Shown in pieces: positions 12,214 through 26,230 of a stretch of 64,000 bases of DNA. The stretch comes from Octopus vulgaris. Taxonomy: Eukaryota. How positions within the stretch are numbered: position 1 is the first letter of the stretch; every line of letters starts with the position of its first letter. Under the pieces are notes generated by a model that saw nothing but the letters and a program-made list of their open reading frames with translations, ran no database searches and was not told the DNA's origin. Location: the NCBI GenBank assembly GCA_951406725.2, contig OX597827.1:66650001-66714000 (forward strand), written 5' to 3'. A program made the position numbers and the translations under genes.

Positions 12214-12357
12214 CTGCATTTGTCTAACTTTCAAATGTTTGTAATTCCAATGTTTCTGTTTTTATTATAACATCATTTAAAACTTTTTTTATTAATGGTT
12301 TTATGTTAACTGCCATTCCAGCTTCTGCACTTAGACCATTATATTGAAGAGATTTTT
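12214..12357 (-). pseudogene. 144-nt phase 1-1 exon-like segment with a single in-frame TAG
   Basis: Acceptor ttaacag|, donor CAG|gtaaac; translation KSLQYNGLSAEAGMAVNIKPLIKKVLNDVIIKTETLELQTFES*TNA. Confidence 0.45.
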
Positions 12358-13484
12358 CTGTTAACATAAGAAGCACTATATTTCTAACACTAATTTAGTA
12401 ACAACGTTAAAGTTTTTCACACATATCCATCCACATCGATTTACAATATCTTATATAAAATTATTGCGTCAGTGTTATACGCACATGTATTAAATCGTAA
12501 TTTTTACCAATTTTTTTTAATGGCTGCTGGTTATAAAACGAATCTCCTTCTCGGGTAACATGATTGAAAATACAATGGTGTTAAAACGCTGTGCGGGCAT
12601 GTCATAAAAATCTATTGATTAAAAAATTATGAAAAGTTGTTAGATGTAGTTCTGTCACATGAAATAATGTGTAACGCTTATGTTAAACTGTGAGCGCTTT
12701 GTAGAAGTTAAGGTATATATTTCTGTAATGAAATATGGCTCGGATTATTTATCTTTTAACAGTAAGTCCATTGGCATATTGTCTTGGCCTTTTAAAAGTT
12801 TTAATTTTATTTCGGTGAGCATATCAATTTAATACTTTGCGACTGGTTCCTGTTTAACATAATTGTTAGCAGAAACGTTAGCACGTCATTGATTGGCTGA
12901 AATTACCGAAATACGACAACTTTAACACGAAATAACGTTGAAAGTATAAACTTTTCTCAACTACACTAAGAGTAAATGTTGTTTTATATGACACATTCTA
13001 CCGGTGTCCGAGTTTGAAAGTGTTTAGTTACAAAAAATTAATTTCTCGATCTTGCGTACAAAGGGAAAATATCCAAGATATTTTAGTGAAATGTAAGCAT
13101 TACAAGTTTATGAGTGCAAGCGATAAATATTTATCCCTTTGGTTAAATAATTTCTTTTTATTTAATCTATTAATATCTGAAACCAATGAACTGCAATGCA
13201 ATTTTACATTTTCTAAGTAAACAAAATACAGAAATGATTGAAAAGTTATGGCTCAAATTACTTCGGTTCGAAATCCGCTCAAATTCAAAATTAATCTTCA
13301 GAGGTAAATAAGCGAGCCACCACTGATTACAATCATATATATATTTATATATTCTAAATGAACAGATTTTGTGATAAATGTACAAGTAACTCTGTACTGT
13401 TTTTTCAGATACGTAATTTGATGCAGACCAATATTAAACATATGTATACTGGAGCTTATATTCGTATCAAGTTTTACGTACCAA

Positions 13485-13745
13485 AAGACATATGTCCAAG
13501 TCCTTTCAATAGTATTTATACCTATTCTATCTAATGAATTAGAAATAGGAATTGGATAAGTGCCAGTTTTTTTTTTATTTTAAGATGTTTAGATTGTTGT
13601 ATGTTGTTTTTTTTCTGTACGAAACGATGTAGGAAAACAATTTGAGCATGAAACAAAAATGATTGGCTATTAAATTCAAATCAAGCAAAAAGTATGTGAC
13701 ATATTTGTTCACGGACGCGTTATAATTTGCAGCTAATATTTTCGT
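13485..13745. repeat. Diverged coding-like segment, paralogous to 16283-16532
   Basis: Shared blocks ctattcta(t/g)ctaatga..tagaaat..gaattgg and tgattg(g/a)ctattaaattcaaatcaagcaaaaa. Confidence 0.7.
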
Positions 13746-13815
13746 TTCTGTTCCCACGTTCATGTTTATGTAGGCGAGTGTGCGTCATATCATTCCTGCT
13801 GTTACACACACACAC

Positions 13816-13874
<59 letters not shown>

Positions 13875-14079
13875 CATATATATATATATGTGTGTGTGTG
13901 TGTACGTATATATATATATATATATAAATAAATTTACGAGGTTGTTATTAATATTATTAAATAATACTAATTTTATACCAGTGGTCAGTATACTTAAAAT
14001 CTATCCGAGGACTATAAATAATATTTAAGCGACCTGGTGGTCTTTCCTGTTGTGAACATACACACACACACACACACAC

Positions 14080-14119
<40 letters not shown>

Positions 14120-14134
14120 CATGCATGTATATAT

Positions 14135-15385
14135 GTACACATATTCTTAGTACATATGTTGTTTCAATATACCACCTCGGCCGGTGTCCTATTTTACGAA
14201 GTTTTTTTTTCAGATTTCTGCATGATCTCCCTACAATTCATTTCTATTTCCGTCGAAGTTCTTATCCTTTTCGTTATGTAATACTGCTTCTCTTTCATCC
14301 AACTACTAGCATTTGTACCTTATTCAATTGGTGTAGACTTTACTTCCCCAATATCGTGAATTTGATCGTATGATTTATACTCGTGTGTTTCCAAATGATG
14401 TGTTGAGACCTCTGTCCTTCAACTTAATCGTCTATTCTATTACTTTTTTCAGACTATCCCTTGCTGACAAATAGAAAGCGAAATGCATCTTATGCATCGC
14501 CGAAAACTAGTTACTTTCTCCGAAATGAAAATGTCATCGGGAATGAATTTCTTATTGTCAGTCGGACAAATATTTGAAATATTTCATTTCTACGCCTTTC
14601 TACGTCTCAGACCTTCATGGTCTGACAACTATGTGAGGCTGTCTGCTGTAAAATCTCGACAAATTCATCTGAAGCTCTTAAGATGCATTTATTCTGTGTA
14701 TCGTCTTAGTAATTTGCACACATGTAGTGCTGCTGTAATTTTTTCAGATGTCAGGTAGTAGAAGGTTTAGGTTTTGCTTATGATTTTCTGTTCTCTAAAT
14801 ATACCCAAATGTGAACCTTTAAAAGGCGGCGAAGTGGCAGAAACGTTAGCACGCCGGGCGAAATGCGTAGCCGTATTTCGTCTGTCGCTATGTTCTGAGT
14901 TCAAATTCCGCCGAGGTCGACTTTGCCTTTCATCCTTCCAGGGTCGGTTAAATAAGTACGAATTACGCACTGGGGTCGATAAAATCCACTTAATCCGTTT
15001 GTCTGTCCTTGTCTGTCCCCTCTGTGTGTAACCTTTTGTGGGCAGTTATTAAATAAGTTTGAACCTATATTCCTTGCCGCATATTTTTACATGTTTCTGT
15101 ACAATTTCTTTTATTTGGCATTTTACTTTGGTACCATTAGCATTAGGACTGCTTACAGATTTCATATATTTTCAAAAGTGAATGTGTACTGGCGCAAAAT
15201 ATTCCCCCTTTCACAATGAGTTCGGATAGATTACCATGATACTCGTACGTTGTATTAATTTCTTTTTTTCCTTTTGACATATTTTGGCTTTTTTCGCTAA
15301 TCGTAAAAGCATGCAGATATTGTTTAAGTCACACGACCGCGATCTGCTTATCATTTTCTGTAAGTGTTTCTTTTGCATTTGCCAC
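14135..15385 (-). pseudogene. Long decayed paralog of the unidentified family, interrupted by a SINE
   Basis: HSCQTMKV*DVERRRNEIF aligns gap-free to HIVHILHVSNWAISENRAF; DAFRFL aligns to ENFRMI; MNCREIMQKSEK/KLRKIG aligns to QNSRNILNSMLRDVRKIY. Confidence 0.45.
14821..15056 (+). mobile_element. Meta-domain-like SINE, subfamily B, full length
   Basis: ggcggcgaagtggcagaaacgttagcacgccgggcg head; TSD aaatgtgaacct / aagtttgaacct; empty site in the paralogous segment at 20378-20389. Confidence 0.9.
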
Positions 15386-15629
15386 CTGCACACCAAGTAA
15401 ATTATGAAACGCATGAGTTACATAATTACTTTTATTTCCCAATAAATCTCACGTGTACACAAGTAATAAAATCTTCGTCTTATTTCTGTCATTACTTCTA
15501 TGCATACCCGAAGAAAACAGCTGTGTTGATATTTCGAGTAAAATGTCCTGTGCAACTGACAATCACTTTCCTAATTTTCATCAGATTTAGAATTTCATTC
15601 CTATCGAATATAAAATATAAATACATAAA

Positions 15630-16050
15630 TACGTGGCTGTGTGGTAAGAACCTTGTTTACCAAGTAGATGGTTCAGTATATGGTTCGGTCCCACTGCGTG
15701 GCACGTTGGGAAAGGGTCTGCTATAACCTCAGGCCGAACAAAGACTTGTGAGAGGTTTTGATATCAGGAAACTGAAAGTGGCCCGTCGTATATATATGTA
15801 TATATATATGTGAGTGTGTCTGTGTGTGTGTGTGTCTGTGTATGTGTATGTGTATCTCTGTGTGTGTAACTCTCTCCCCAAGCTATCCCTTGACAGCTGA
15901 TGTTGGTGTGTTTACTTCCCATTTACTTAGACGTTTGGCAAAAGAAGGCGATAGAATAAGTACGAGGCTTACATAGGATAAGTCCTTGGATCGATTTCTT
16001 TGACTAAAACTGTTTAAGTCTGTCCGCAGTCAACTGAGTGTAACAAATGC
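15630..16050 (+). mobile_element. Microsatellite-containing CORE-like SINE (diverged)
   Basis: gtggctgtgtggtaag head, cccgtcgta(TA)n(TG)n middle, gatagaataagtac tail. Confidence 0.8.
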
Positions 16051-16070
16051 AAAAAATATATGCATATAAG

Positions 16071-16221
<151 letters not shown>

Positions 16222-16282
16222 CTCTATCAGATTATGTACATATTGAAAATGAAATATGAAAATTAACGAATATAAAAGTAAA

Positions 16283-16532
16283 AAACGTATATGACCGAGC
16301 TCATTCAAGAGGATACACACTATTCTAGCTAATGACCTAGAAATTAGAATTGGGAAAAAAGCCAAGATTTCACTGAAAAATTCACAGAGATATATTATGT
16401 ATTTTTTTATATGTATGAATTCATAAAATAACTTGAGCATAAAACCAGTTTGATTGACTATTAAATTCAAATCAAGCAAAAACATATTGACATAACAATT
16501 AACGCTTATGCGATATTTTCCAGCTGATATTT
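16283..16532. repeat. Diverged coding-like segment, paralogous to 13485-13745
   Basis: Both copies give FLLDLNLI.N..FMLKLF on minus and IL.N.LEI.IG ... L.IKFKSSK on plus. Confidence 0.7.
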
Positions 16533-16899
16533 ACTATATTTCTACAATTTCATTATTTTATTTTGTATATCTGTGAGGTAATTTTCTCCGCCATATGCAT
16601 ACACACACACAGACATATACACTCGCTCACACAATTACAAAAATACATGCACACTCATATATTTATACGTATAGATATATGCATGTATGTATTCATATAC
16701 CTATGTATCTATGTGAAAAATTTTTTTGCTGACTCGAATTCTTTCCGCCTGTCTGTCTACATAACTCATGACCGCCATTTCATAACTCCGCCACCATTTC
16801 ATCATACAACTAAACCTTCCATGCGCCTGCGTACACGTGTCTTGCATTCATGGATAAAACCTGAAAGATATTACTTATATACATAAACATAGATATATT

Positions 16900-17055
16900 T
16901 ATTCTCTCTCTTTATTTCATCGTGTTCTTTTCTGTTGAAGAGCGTAGGCTCGTAACATAAAAGACCCTCTTACCTTCCCGAGAGTCAAACTAATACACCT
17001 GCTTGTAGTTTGTACATTTGTCTTCGTCTTCTGTTTTTCTGTAAATTTCAACTAA
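16900..17055 (+). mobile_element. PLE pLTR remnant (same family as 2080-2270)
   Basis: tctttt-CTGTTGA-a-GAGC-gtag-GCTC-gtaacata-aaaga, a degenerate hammerhead. Confidence 0.55.
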
Positions 17056-17145
17056 AGATACACATATATATATACATACATCTACATATAAATCCGTCGA
17101 ACCATACGAATTACTTTACGACATCATAATGTGTTAACACATAAT

Positions 17146-17567
17146 CCTTTCTACTATAGGCACGAGGTCAGAAAATTTGGGAGAGGGGGACTGGTCGATT
17201 ACATCGACACCAGTACTTAAATGGCACTTAGTTTTATCGACCCCAAAAGATGAAAGGACTCGGCGAAATTTGAACTCAGAACGTCTTTAAGATGGACGAA
17301 AAGCCGCTAAGCATTCTGCGTGGCGTGCTAAAGATTCTTATTTCTTTACTGCCCACAAGTGGCTACACACAGAGGCGAAAAACAAGACAGACAAACGGAT
17401 TAAGTCGATTATATCTACCCCAGTGCGTAACTGTCATTTATTTAATTGACCCCGAAAAGTGAAAGGCAAAGTCGACCTCGGCGGTATTTGAACTCAGAAC
17501 GTAGCGCATACGAAATACTGCTGAGCATTCTACCCGGCGTGCTAACGTTTCTGCCAGCTCGACGCCT
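17146..17567 (-). mobile_element. Nested pair of Meta-domain-like SINEs (B inside A)
   Basis: Two bodies in tandem; junction aagattc|ttatttc at 17337/17338. Confidence 0.85.
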
Positions 17568-17713
17568 TTTGAGTTAAGACATAATGAAAACCAATGATAT
17601 CAAATGTATTTTCTCTCTCATAGCGAACAATAATGTCGTCTCCTTACATCGTTCTTCCTCTCTTACTCTTATAGTTATCTTTCTACATTTCTACGTCTCT
17701 CTCTATCTATCTC

Positions 17714-17767
<54 letters not shown>

Positions 17768-18312
17768 TCCCTCGCTGTAATTCTTTCTCTTTCTCTGTAT
17801 GTTAAAAAATTAGCTAGTCCATACTGACACCAACCACATACACATACTCACACACTTACAAGCACACACAAACACAACAAATACACATACACAAGTACAT
17901 TAGATACACACAAACACACACACACAAACATCAAACACACACACACACACACAGAAACACACCAAACACACAACAAAACCACCAACAACACACACAAGCA
18001 CACCAAAGACTGGCACACAAACACACCAAACACTCAGGAACATATGATCTCTTGAAATACAAAGAGCACAGTGGATTCTATTTTGTTACTGCAAATTATA
18101 AATTCTTAAAGGAAGATTTTTTTTAAGGATATCGATGCATGGTAATATAGGCATAGGTGTGGCTCTGTGGTAAGTAACTTGCTTACGAACCACATTGTTT
18201 CGGGTTCAGTCACATTGCATGGCAACTTTGGCAGGTGTCTTCTACTCTAGCCTCGGCCCGAACTAAGCCTTGTGAGTAGATTTGGTAGACGTTAACTGAA
18301 AGAAGCCCGTCG

Positions 18313-19024
<712 letters not shown>

Positions 19025-19489
19025 TTATATATGTATGTATGTATGTGTATATGTTTGTGTGAGTTTGTCCCCCCGACATCGTTTGACAACCGACGCTGGT
19101 GTGTTTACGTCCCCGTAACTTAGTGGTTTGGCAAACGAGACCGATAAAATAAGTACTAGGCTTACAAAGGATAAGTCCTGGGGTCGATATGTTCGACTAC
19201 AGGCGTTGCTCCAGCATGGCCGCAGACAAATGACTGAAACAAGTAAAAGAGTAAAAGTGTATTACTCTGTTTATTTTCAATATTTGTATATATTTCCCTA
19301 ATTAATAACTTGTTTCAATTATTGGATTGCCGTCAATTATTGGATGGCCACATTGAACGATTTTAGCCGAAGAAATCAACTGAATTTCTTATTTATTTAA
19401 CATTTGCCCTCATTGTATTGCTCTATTTCGTTGAGCCACAAAAATACTTCGACATAATAAATGAACACTTGTTGTGAAGCGCCGGTAGT

Positions 19490-19720
19490 GGTCAAATACA
19501 AATATACACGCACGCATGCGCGTGCACACACTCACGCGCACATGCCCAAACACACACATATATATATATATATATATGCACACGACGGTTTCTTTCAGTT
19601 TCCATCTACCAAATCCATTCACAAGATTTTCGTCGGCTATATCGGATGACACTTTACTTCTGTGGCGTGCAGTGGAACTGAACTTAGAACTATTTGTTTG
19701 TGAAGCAAATTTCCTTCCAA
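19490..19720 (-). mobile_element. Degenerate microsatellite-containing CORE-like SINE
   Basis: cgacggtttctttcagtttccatctaccaaatccattcacaag matches the family. Confidence 0.6.
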
Positions 19721-19984
19721 AAAACTTTCCAAAGTGTATTTACGAAATATCCATGCATACATTTTTAAAATAATCTCATATGACACTGTTGTGTTCCATA
19801 TTAACTTGTATAAATACGTTGTGTAACATTCCTTTCTAAAGAGATGTGATTACGATTGAAAATTGATATGTAAGTTATGAGGTGATACGTCTTTGCAAAA
19901 AATAAAATACATTACATTTTCAGTTCATTGTGACAGATATAATTCATTGATTATCGTCCTCATCGATCAAACCTCACCACGGCG

Positions 19985-20790
19985 TCAGTTAAACAATAAC
20001 GCAATTGTTATTCCATAGCTTTTAAACAATTTCAATATTGATTTCTTTGAACTAACTCCAAAGTATTTTTATGGAAGAACTTGATTATCGTAAACTTATA
20101 ACTGGTACTTAAAGAGACAAGGATGTAAATCCTTGGTAACCACAGCATTTCCTAAAATAGAACCCGATTTCCTCATTTCCTCCCAATTATGTCTCGATCT
20201 TAAAATAAGAAAAACCTCTTGTGGGACATTAGCGAAGATATAATCGTAAGCAAGACATAGTAAGTTGAATATCTTGTTAGTAATTTGCACACATGTAGTG
20301 CTGCTGTAATTTTCTCAGATGTTAGGTAGCAAAAGGTTTAGGTTTTGCTTGTGATTTTCTGTTCTGTAAATATACGCAAGTGTGAACCCATATTCCTTGT
20401 AGCATATTTTTACGTGTTTCTGTACAATTTATTTTATTTGGCATTTTACTTTGGCACCATTAGCATTGGGACTGTTTACAGATCTCATATATTTTGAAAA
20501 GTAAATGTGTAATTGCCGCACAATATTTCACTTTCACAAACACATACACACACATGAACTTCAAAGTATTTTTACGGAAAAATTTATTATTGTGAACTTA
20601 TAACTTGTACTTAAAGAGACACGGAGGAAAATCCTTCGTAACCACATTTCCTGTAAATAGAACACAATATTTTCATTTCCTAACAAATATATCTCGATCT
20701 AAAAAGAAAAACAAAAACTCTTGTGGCACTTTTAGCGAAGATATAATCGTAAGCAAGACAGTGTAAGTTGAAATTTCTTTTGTCGTAAAT
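19985..20790 (-). pseudogene. Mosaic of decayed paralogs: ~220-bp direct repeats (20055-20275, 20557-20779) flanking a copy of 14707-15216
   Basis: KIFNLLCLAYDYIFANVPQEV...YDNQVLP*KYF resembles [15 protein letters not shown]...[10 protein letters not shown] of exon 1359-1611; nucleotide duplications are directly visible. Confidence 0.55.
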
Positions 20791-20803
20791 ATACACGACA
20801 ATG

Positions 20804-21194
20804 GGAGTCGCAAAGGACCAGTGGTTAGGGCAGCGGACTCGCGGTCATAGGATCGCGGTTTCGATTCCCAGACCGGGCTTTGTGAGTGTTTATTGAGCGA
20901 AAACACCTAAAAATCAGCTCCACGAGGCCCCGGTAGGGGATGGTGGTGATCCCTGCTGTACTCTTTCCCCACAACTTTCTCTCACTCTTACTTCCTATTT
21001 CTGTTGTACCTGTTTTTCAAGGGGCCGGCTTTGTCACTCTCTGTGTCACGCTGAATATCGCCGAGAACTACGTTAAGGGTGCTCGTGTCTGTGGAGTGTT
21101 CAGCCACTTACACGTTAATTTCACAAGCAGGCTGTTCCGTTGATTCGGATCAACCGGAACCCTCATCGTCGTAACCGACGGAGTGCTTCCATCC
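20804..21194 (+). mobile_element. Full-length tRNA(Arg)-like SINE
   Basis: 11-bp TSD acacgacaatg at 20793-20803 and 21195-21205; TCCA-repeat tail. Confidence 0.92.
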
Positions 21195-22007
21195 ACACGA
21201 CAATGATTGACTTGAAGACTCTGCAGCAAATACAGCAAAACAATATTAACGCCAACAGCCACTAATGGTACTTAATGAAGTTATAGAAGGAAAAAAAATT
21301 ACGAAGATATCACTTGAGGGATTTCACTCAGTAAGTTACGATATGAGATATAAGTAGTATAAACATATTGACCGCTTTATCTATTGACAGATGTTCACAA
21401 TGGCGAAAATATCTCCTTTTGTTAGAAGTGTTTCTTGACCCCATCTTAAATTATAAGTGCATTTCACTGTTTATTCCATCGCCTCTGGATGAATTGAAGT
21501 TATGGTGCTTGTTTAGAAGGAAAGAATTTTAAAAAATGTCAAGGATGTTTAAATTGTTTAATTTGCCGAAAGCATGTTTAATATTTAGAATATAAAGTAG
21601 CTAAAGTTAGGTGGTATAGTTTCGAAAAGTTAATCAATATTATTTTAAGAGTGATATTTACATATCTTCTGATACTAATTATGTGAAACAATTCAAGACG
21701 AAATTAATAACATTACAAGCTTCATATAATAATAATATTACAGGCAAAAATAATTTGCAGATGTTAAAGATATGAAATATCGTACTAAAAGTGCATAATG
21801 ATATTTTTTTATGGAGAAAATAAAATATTGGATTGTTGGATCCACTTAATGCATTGCGTCAATAAACATGTAAAAAAACCATTCGAGAGGTTTTGTTGTT
21901 CACATTTAAGGCCAACACATTTCTAATCCATTTCTGTTTACCCAAACATTAAAGGAGCTATTGATCTGATTGTGAAACAACATGGCGCCATTTATATCCG
22001 TACGGGT

Positions 22008-22042
<35 letters not shown>

Positions 22043-22275
22043 CATATATACAAACTCATGCACATTTGTAGACATCTTTTGTGACCTCCAATCGAAATGG
22101 GATTATGGGTCTTTCGTAAAATCCTGGCTATTATGTTTGGCGGAGTTGAAACTTCTCCAGTCTGTAGAGCTGGTAATAACTGAGTGCTTCATGGGAAATA
22201 AATGAGTGAGAGAAGTAGAGAGAGAGACAGAGACACAGACAGAGAGGAAAAAAAGGAACTCAGACTTGACAGGCA

Positions 22276-22563
22276 TACTCTTTTACTCTTTTACTTGTTT
22301 CAGTCATTTGACTTTGGCCATGCTGGAGCACCGCCTTTAGTCAAGCAAATCGACCCCAGAACTTATTCTTTGTAAGCCTAGTACTTACACTATCGGTCTC
22401 ATTTGCCGTACCGCTAAGTTGTGGGGACGTAAACATACCAGCATCGCTTGTCAAGCGATGTTGGGGGACAAACACACATACACACATATATATATACGAC
22501 GGCCTTCTTTCAATTTCCGTCTACCAAATCTACTCACAAGGCTTTGGTCGGCCCGAGGCTATG
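22276..22563 (-). mobile_element. 5'-truncated microsatellite-containing CORE-like SINE
   Basis: tactcttttactcttttacttgtttcagtcatttgac tail matches the 43796 copy. Confidence 0.88.
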
Positions 22564-23226
22564 GGAGACACTAGGAAGAAGGGGTGATAATAAAGTGATC
22601 TCAAAAGGAAGGTGCGCGTGCAGTGTGTATAAGAGATCATGTATGCGCGTGGGGAGGAGGGCTGGTGTGCTTGACATGTGCGTGTGTGTATGTGTAGGTG
22701 TGTGGATGATGGTGTGGGGCTGGGAAGTCGTTGGTGCTAGTGTGTGTGTGGTGTTGTGTGGTGTCGTGGTGTATGGTATGGTGGTGCGTAGTGTGGTGTG
22801 ATGGTGTTGGGGGGGCATATGTGTATGGTGTGCGGGAGGCATATGCGTGTGCGTGTGAAGGCGCGTTGCTGAATGACTTTGGCATCCGGCTCACTATCGT
22901 ATTGTTGTGGAGTCAATTCTCGGCGACGCGTTGTGTCCTTATTTCATGTTGCTGCTTCCATGCCAGCCGTTAGAAAAGTGTTTGCACGCAGTATAGTATT
23001 ATTTTGACTCTTATTTTTAGGAACGCTGTTGCTTAAAATCACCCTCCATCATATTAGTGACGACTGTAATTAAATGTATGATGTATGTATGTGTGCAATA
23101 TATATATATTTTAAGTTTCTAGTTTGATAATAGAGTTTATTATAAGTAAAATTATTATATTATTTATATCTTAAAAATATTGTTCAAATATTTCTGATTA
23201 TATTTTATATTTTAGATATTTCAATT

Positions 23227-23294
23227 AACCTGAAGATTGACTGTAACCATAACTCGAATTATTACGAATTGTACAGTCATGAAACGATCGTAGT
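23227..23294 (+). ncRNA. Type I hammerhead motif with 8-bp stem II and weak stem I
   Basis: ac-CTGAAGA-t-TGACTGTA...TACAGTCA-t-GAA-ACGATCGT-A-gt; palindromic stem III; lies upstream of a pLTR tail shared with 10577-10690. Confidence 0.65.
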
Positions 23295-23542
23295 ATTTTA
23301 CTCTTTCTCTTTTATTAAACTTTTACTACTTCTGATATATATTTAAAATAATATAAATTAATAATTTTATGTATTGGCTTATGTTTTTCATTGTTTGATT
23401 TGCTTAATAGTGGTTTTATCTCTAATTTAATATATTATAATATAATATATTTGTACTATTAAATTGGATTTAATCCTAAATCTGATTTTTCCCTGTAAGT
23501 TTGGATTTATTCCCTAATATTTTATTATATATGTATATATAT

Positions 23543-24511
23543 TTGGTTTGTGTCTATGTTTTTCGTCTCTCTATGTGTTCGACGTCCTTTTGGTGTCCTG
23601 TACACATATATGCGTGTATATGTACATGTAGAGGTAGGTACGTACATATATGTTTATATATATGCATATATTTTATTAACATATTATACGACTAAACGCA
23701 CGCACCCTATTAAGTAAGATTGTTCTGTTTATCAAGTTCGCCTTGATATTAACTCTCACGCGACTCTGCATCTTTCTTTCTTTCTCTCCCATTCCCTTTT
23801 TCGTCTTTTTTCCCTCACTTAACTTGTCTCTTCCTCTCTCTCTCCCCCTCACTGTTCTTCATGGTCTCCTCGCACCATTCCCCTTCTTCTCTCTCTTCCT
23901 CTTGCTCCTCCTCCCCCATTCCCGTCGTCCATCTGCGACGTACTTCCGTCGTAACTGCTATCCCGTCTTTCCTCGCCTGCCTTCTAAGGCCACTGGTCGA
24001 CATCTTCCTCTCTCGTCGTCCACTATAATCCAGCGTTTGCAATACTTTTTTCGTCTGGCGTTAACAGCCCTTCTTATCTTGTTCTCCTTGTCCTGTCTCT
24101 CACTGTTATATATTTATTTTTCCACTGTTTATATATATATTTTTTACTGTTTATATGTTTGTACTGTCGTTACCGTCTTGCTTTTTTTTACCCCTCTGCG
24201 ACAAGATCTCAGAATTTTAATTGATTTGCTTTTCGCGGGAAGGAATTTTTCATTCGAAGTATACGTCTCGCTTTTATCCTTCGAAACGTTTAGTAGATGA
24301 AACTTTAGCGACTGAAGAAGGGGATTTTTCGTTGTGCTTATTGTCCTGTATCTCCTTTTTTTGCTTGTCTTGTTCCTTGGTTTGTGTCTATGTTTTTCGT
24401 CTCTCTATGTGTTCGACGTCCTTTTGGTGTCCTGTACACATATGTGCGTGTATATGTACATGTAGAGGTAGGTACGTACATATATGTTTATATATATGCA
24501 TATATTTTATT

Positions 24512-24518
<7 letters not shown>
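23543..24518 (+). mobile_element. Non-coding ~976-bp element with 142-bp terminal direct repeats (PLE partial-tandem / retrozyme-like)
   Basis: 23543-23684 vs 24377-24518 differ at one base; flanked by (TA)n; no credible ORF; permuted hammerhead-like motif at 24276-24325. Confidence 0.7.
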
Positions 24519-24571
<53 letters not shown>

Positions 24572-25270
24572 ACATACAGAACCTTCTCAAAGTCTTTAAT
24601 CTTCTCAAAGTCAGTTCCTTACTGTCGCCCTGAAAGCATATGTTTCTATACTACGGCCCTAAAAGCAAGGATGTGGTTGTCACTGAACTTTATTTTTAAC
24701 GTTTCCTAAAAAGTGAAATAATTCTCCACCAGCAAAATTCTACGTGGTCTGAAATAAGTAAAAATTTGTAAAAGTGTACGTCAGAAAATTAATAGACATT
24801 TAATCTTTTCTACAATTACAAGACAAATCGAAATTTATAGAAATAGTGAAAGGAGAAATTAAATTTTCTCTTTCTTTTGATGTATGTCAATGATCTTATG
24901 TCGTCTTCAAAATTACGATTTCCATAAGCAATCTTCCCGTGAAGATTGCCTAATAATTTAATTAACACTTAATAAATACGAAAGGAAAATTCAAGATGTG
25001 TTTATACGCCAAATCAAGCATCATAATTATTTAAAATATATGAAAATTGTGCAATGTTTATTGAGAAGTGTCTTTCTTTTATATCATTATATTATAACAT
25101 ATTAAAGATAGATAAATATATGGCTTTACTTGATTATATTTTACGAGATGGAACATTAAACATCTGAACATAATATAGGATCAAACATCAAGGGTCTTTG
25201 TAGAAGTGCTACGAAATTTACGTAGATAATGAGGAAAATGATGAATACATATATACATAATATATGTATG

Positions 25271-25324
<54 letters not shown>

Positions 25325-25880
25325 CTATATATATATACATATATATACAAACGCACACGTGCACATGTTACTTCCTTTCCATGACGTCTGTAGCTTAAAC
25401 CTTCTATACTAACGTTATCTTTTTTCACACTTGTCCTGTTTTTCCTATTTTGTATTTACTTCGTAATATCCAATGCTTTTATTTTATCGATTTCTTTCAT
25501 TTTCTCACAACCGTAACAAGCACTTTGCAACAAAAGCAAACGCATCATTTGTGCAATAAACTTTAATAGAGGCTTTATTAAAACACGGATAAAGAAATTG
25601 TTTACTATGAAAGATACGATCGAGCAAATTCACGAGCTTTAGGATTCATTTTTGTATGGAATTGCACTGAAATTATTGCATTTATAAATAACGGATGGGT
25701 ATATTTTTTTACATATGGAAACAAAACACGATAATGTGTAACGTAGCTCTATTCTGGCATTTAATAACTTCATCAAAGCAATCGATATTGTTCAAACTCA
25801 CTTTTTTTATCATTATAGAAGAGCCGTTACATAAACAAGACTCACAGTTAGCATAGTCTTATAATACACCTTATTATTCA

Positions 25881-25900
25881 TTCTACTTAACAACAGTAAC

Positions 25901-25986
<86 letters not shown>

Positions 25987-26031
25987 ATATATATATATCT
26001 ATCTATCTATCTATATATATATATATATCTG

Positions 26032-26066
<35 letters not shown>

Positions 26067-26136
26067 GTCTATCTATCTGTCTATCTATTTATCTATCTAT
26101 ATGTCTATCTATTTATCTATCTATATGTCTATCTAT

Positions 26137-26177
<41 letters not shown>

Positions 26178-26194
26178 CTTACTTTCCCTCTCCT

Positions 26195-26226
<32 letters not shown>

Positions 26227-26230
26227 TCTC
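25881..26230. repeat. Compound (TATC)n/(TA)n/(TC)n microsatellite
   Basis: Directly visible; representative of dozens of such arrays in the window. Confidence 0.95.

Noticed and set aside
12885-13080. Possible DNA-transposon/MITE end fragment
   Set aside because: Single copy here, with no partner inverted repeat or TSD visible.
22565-22870. GT-rich ORFs (H/T/P-rich or V/C/G-rich); similar CA-rich tract at 17825-18035
   Set aside because: Degenerate (GT)n/(CA)n, possibly low-quality consensus sequence that truncates the adjacent SINE.
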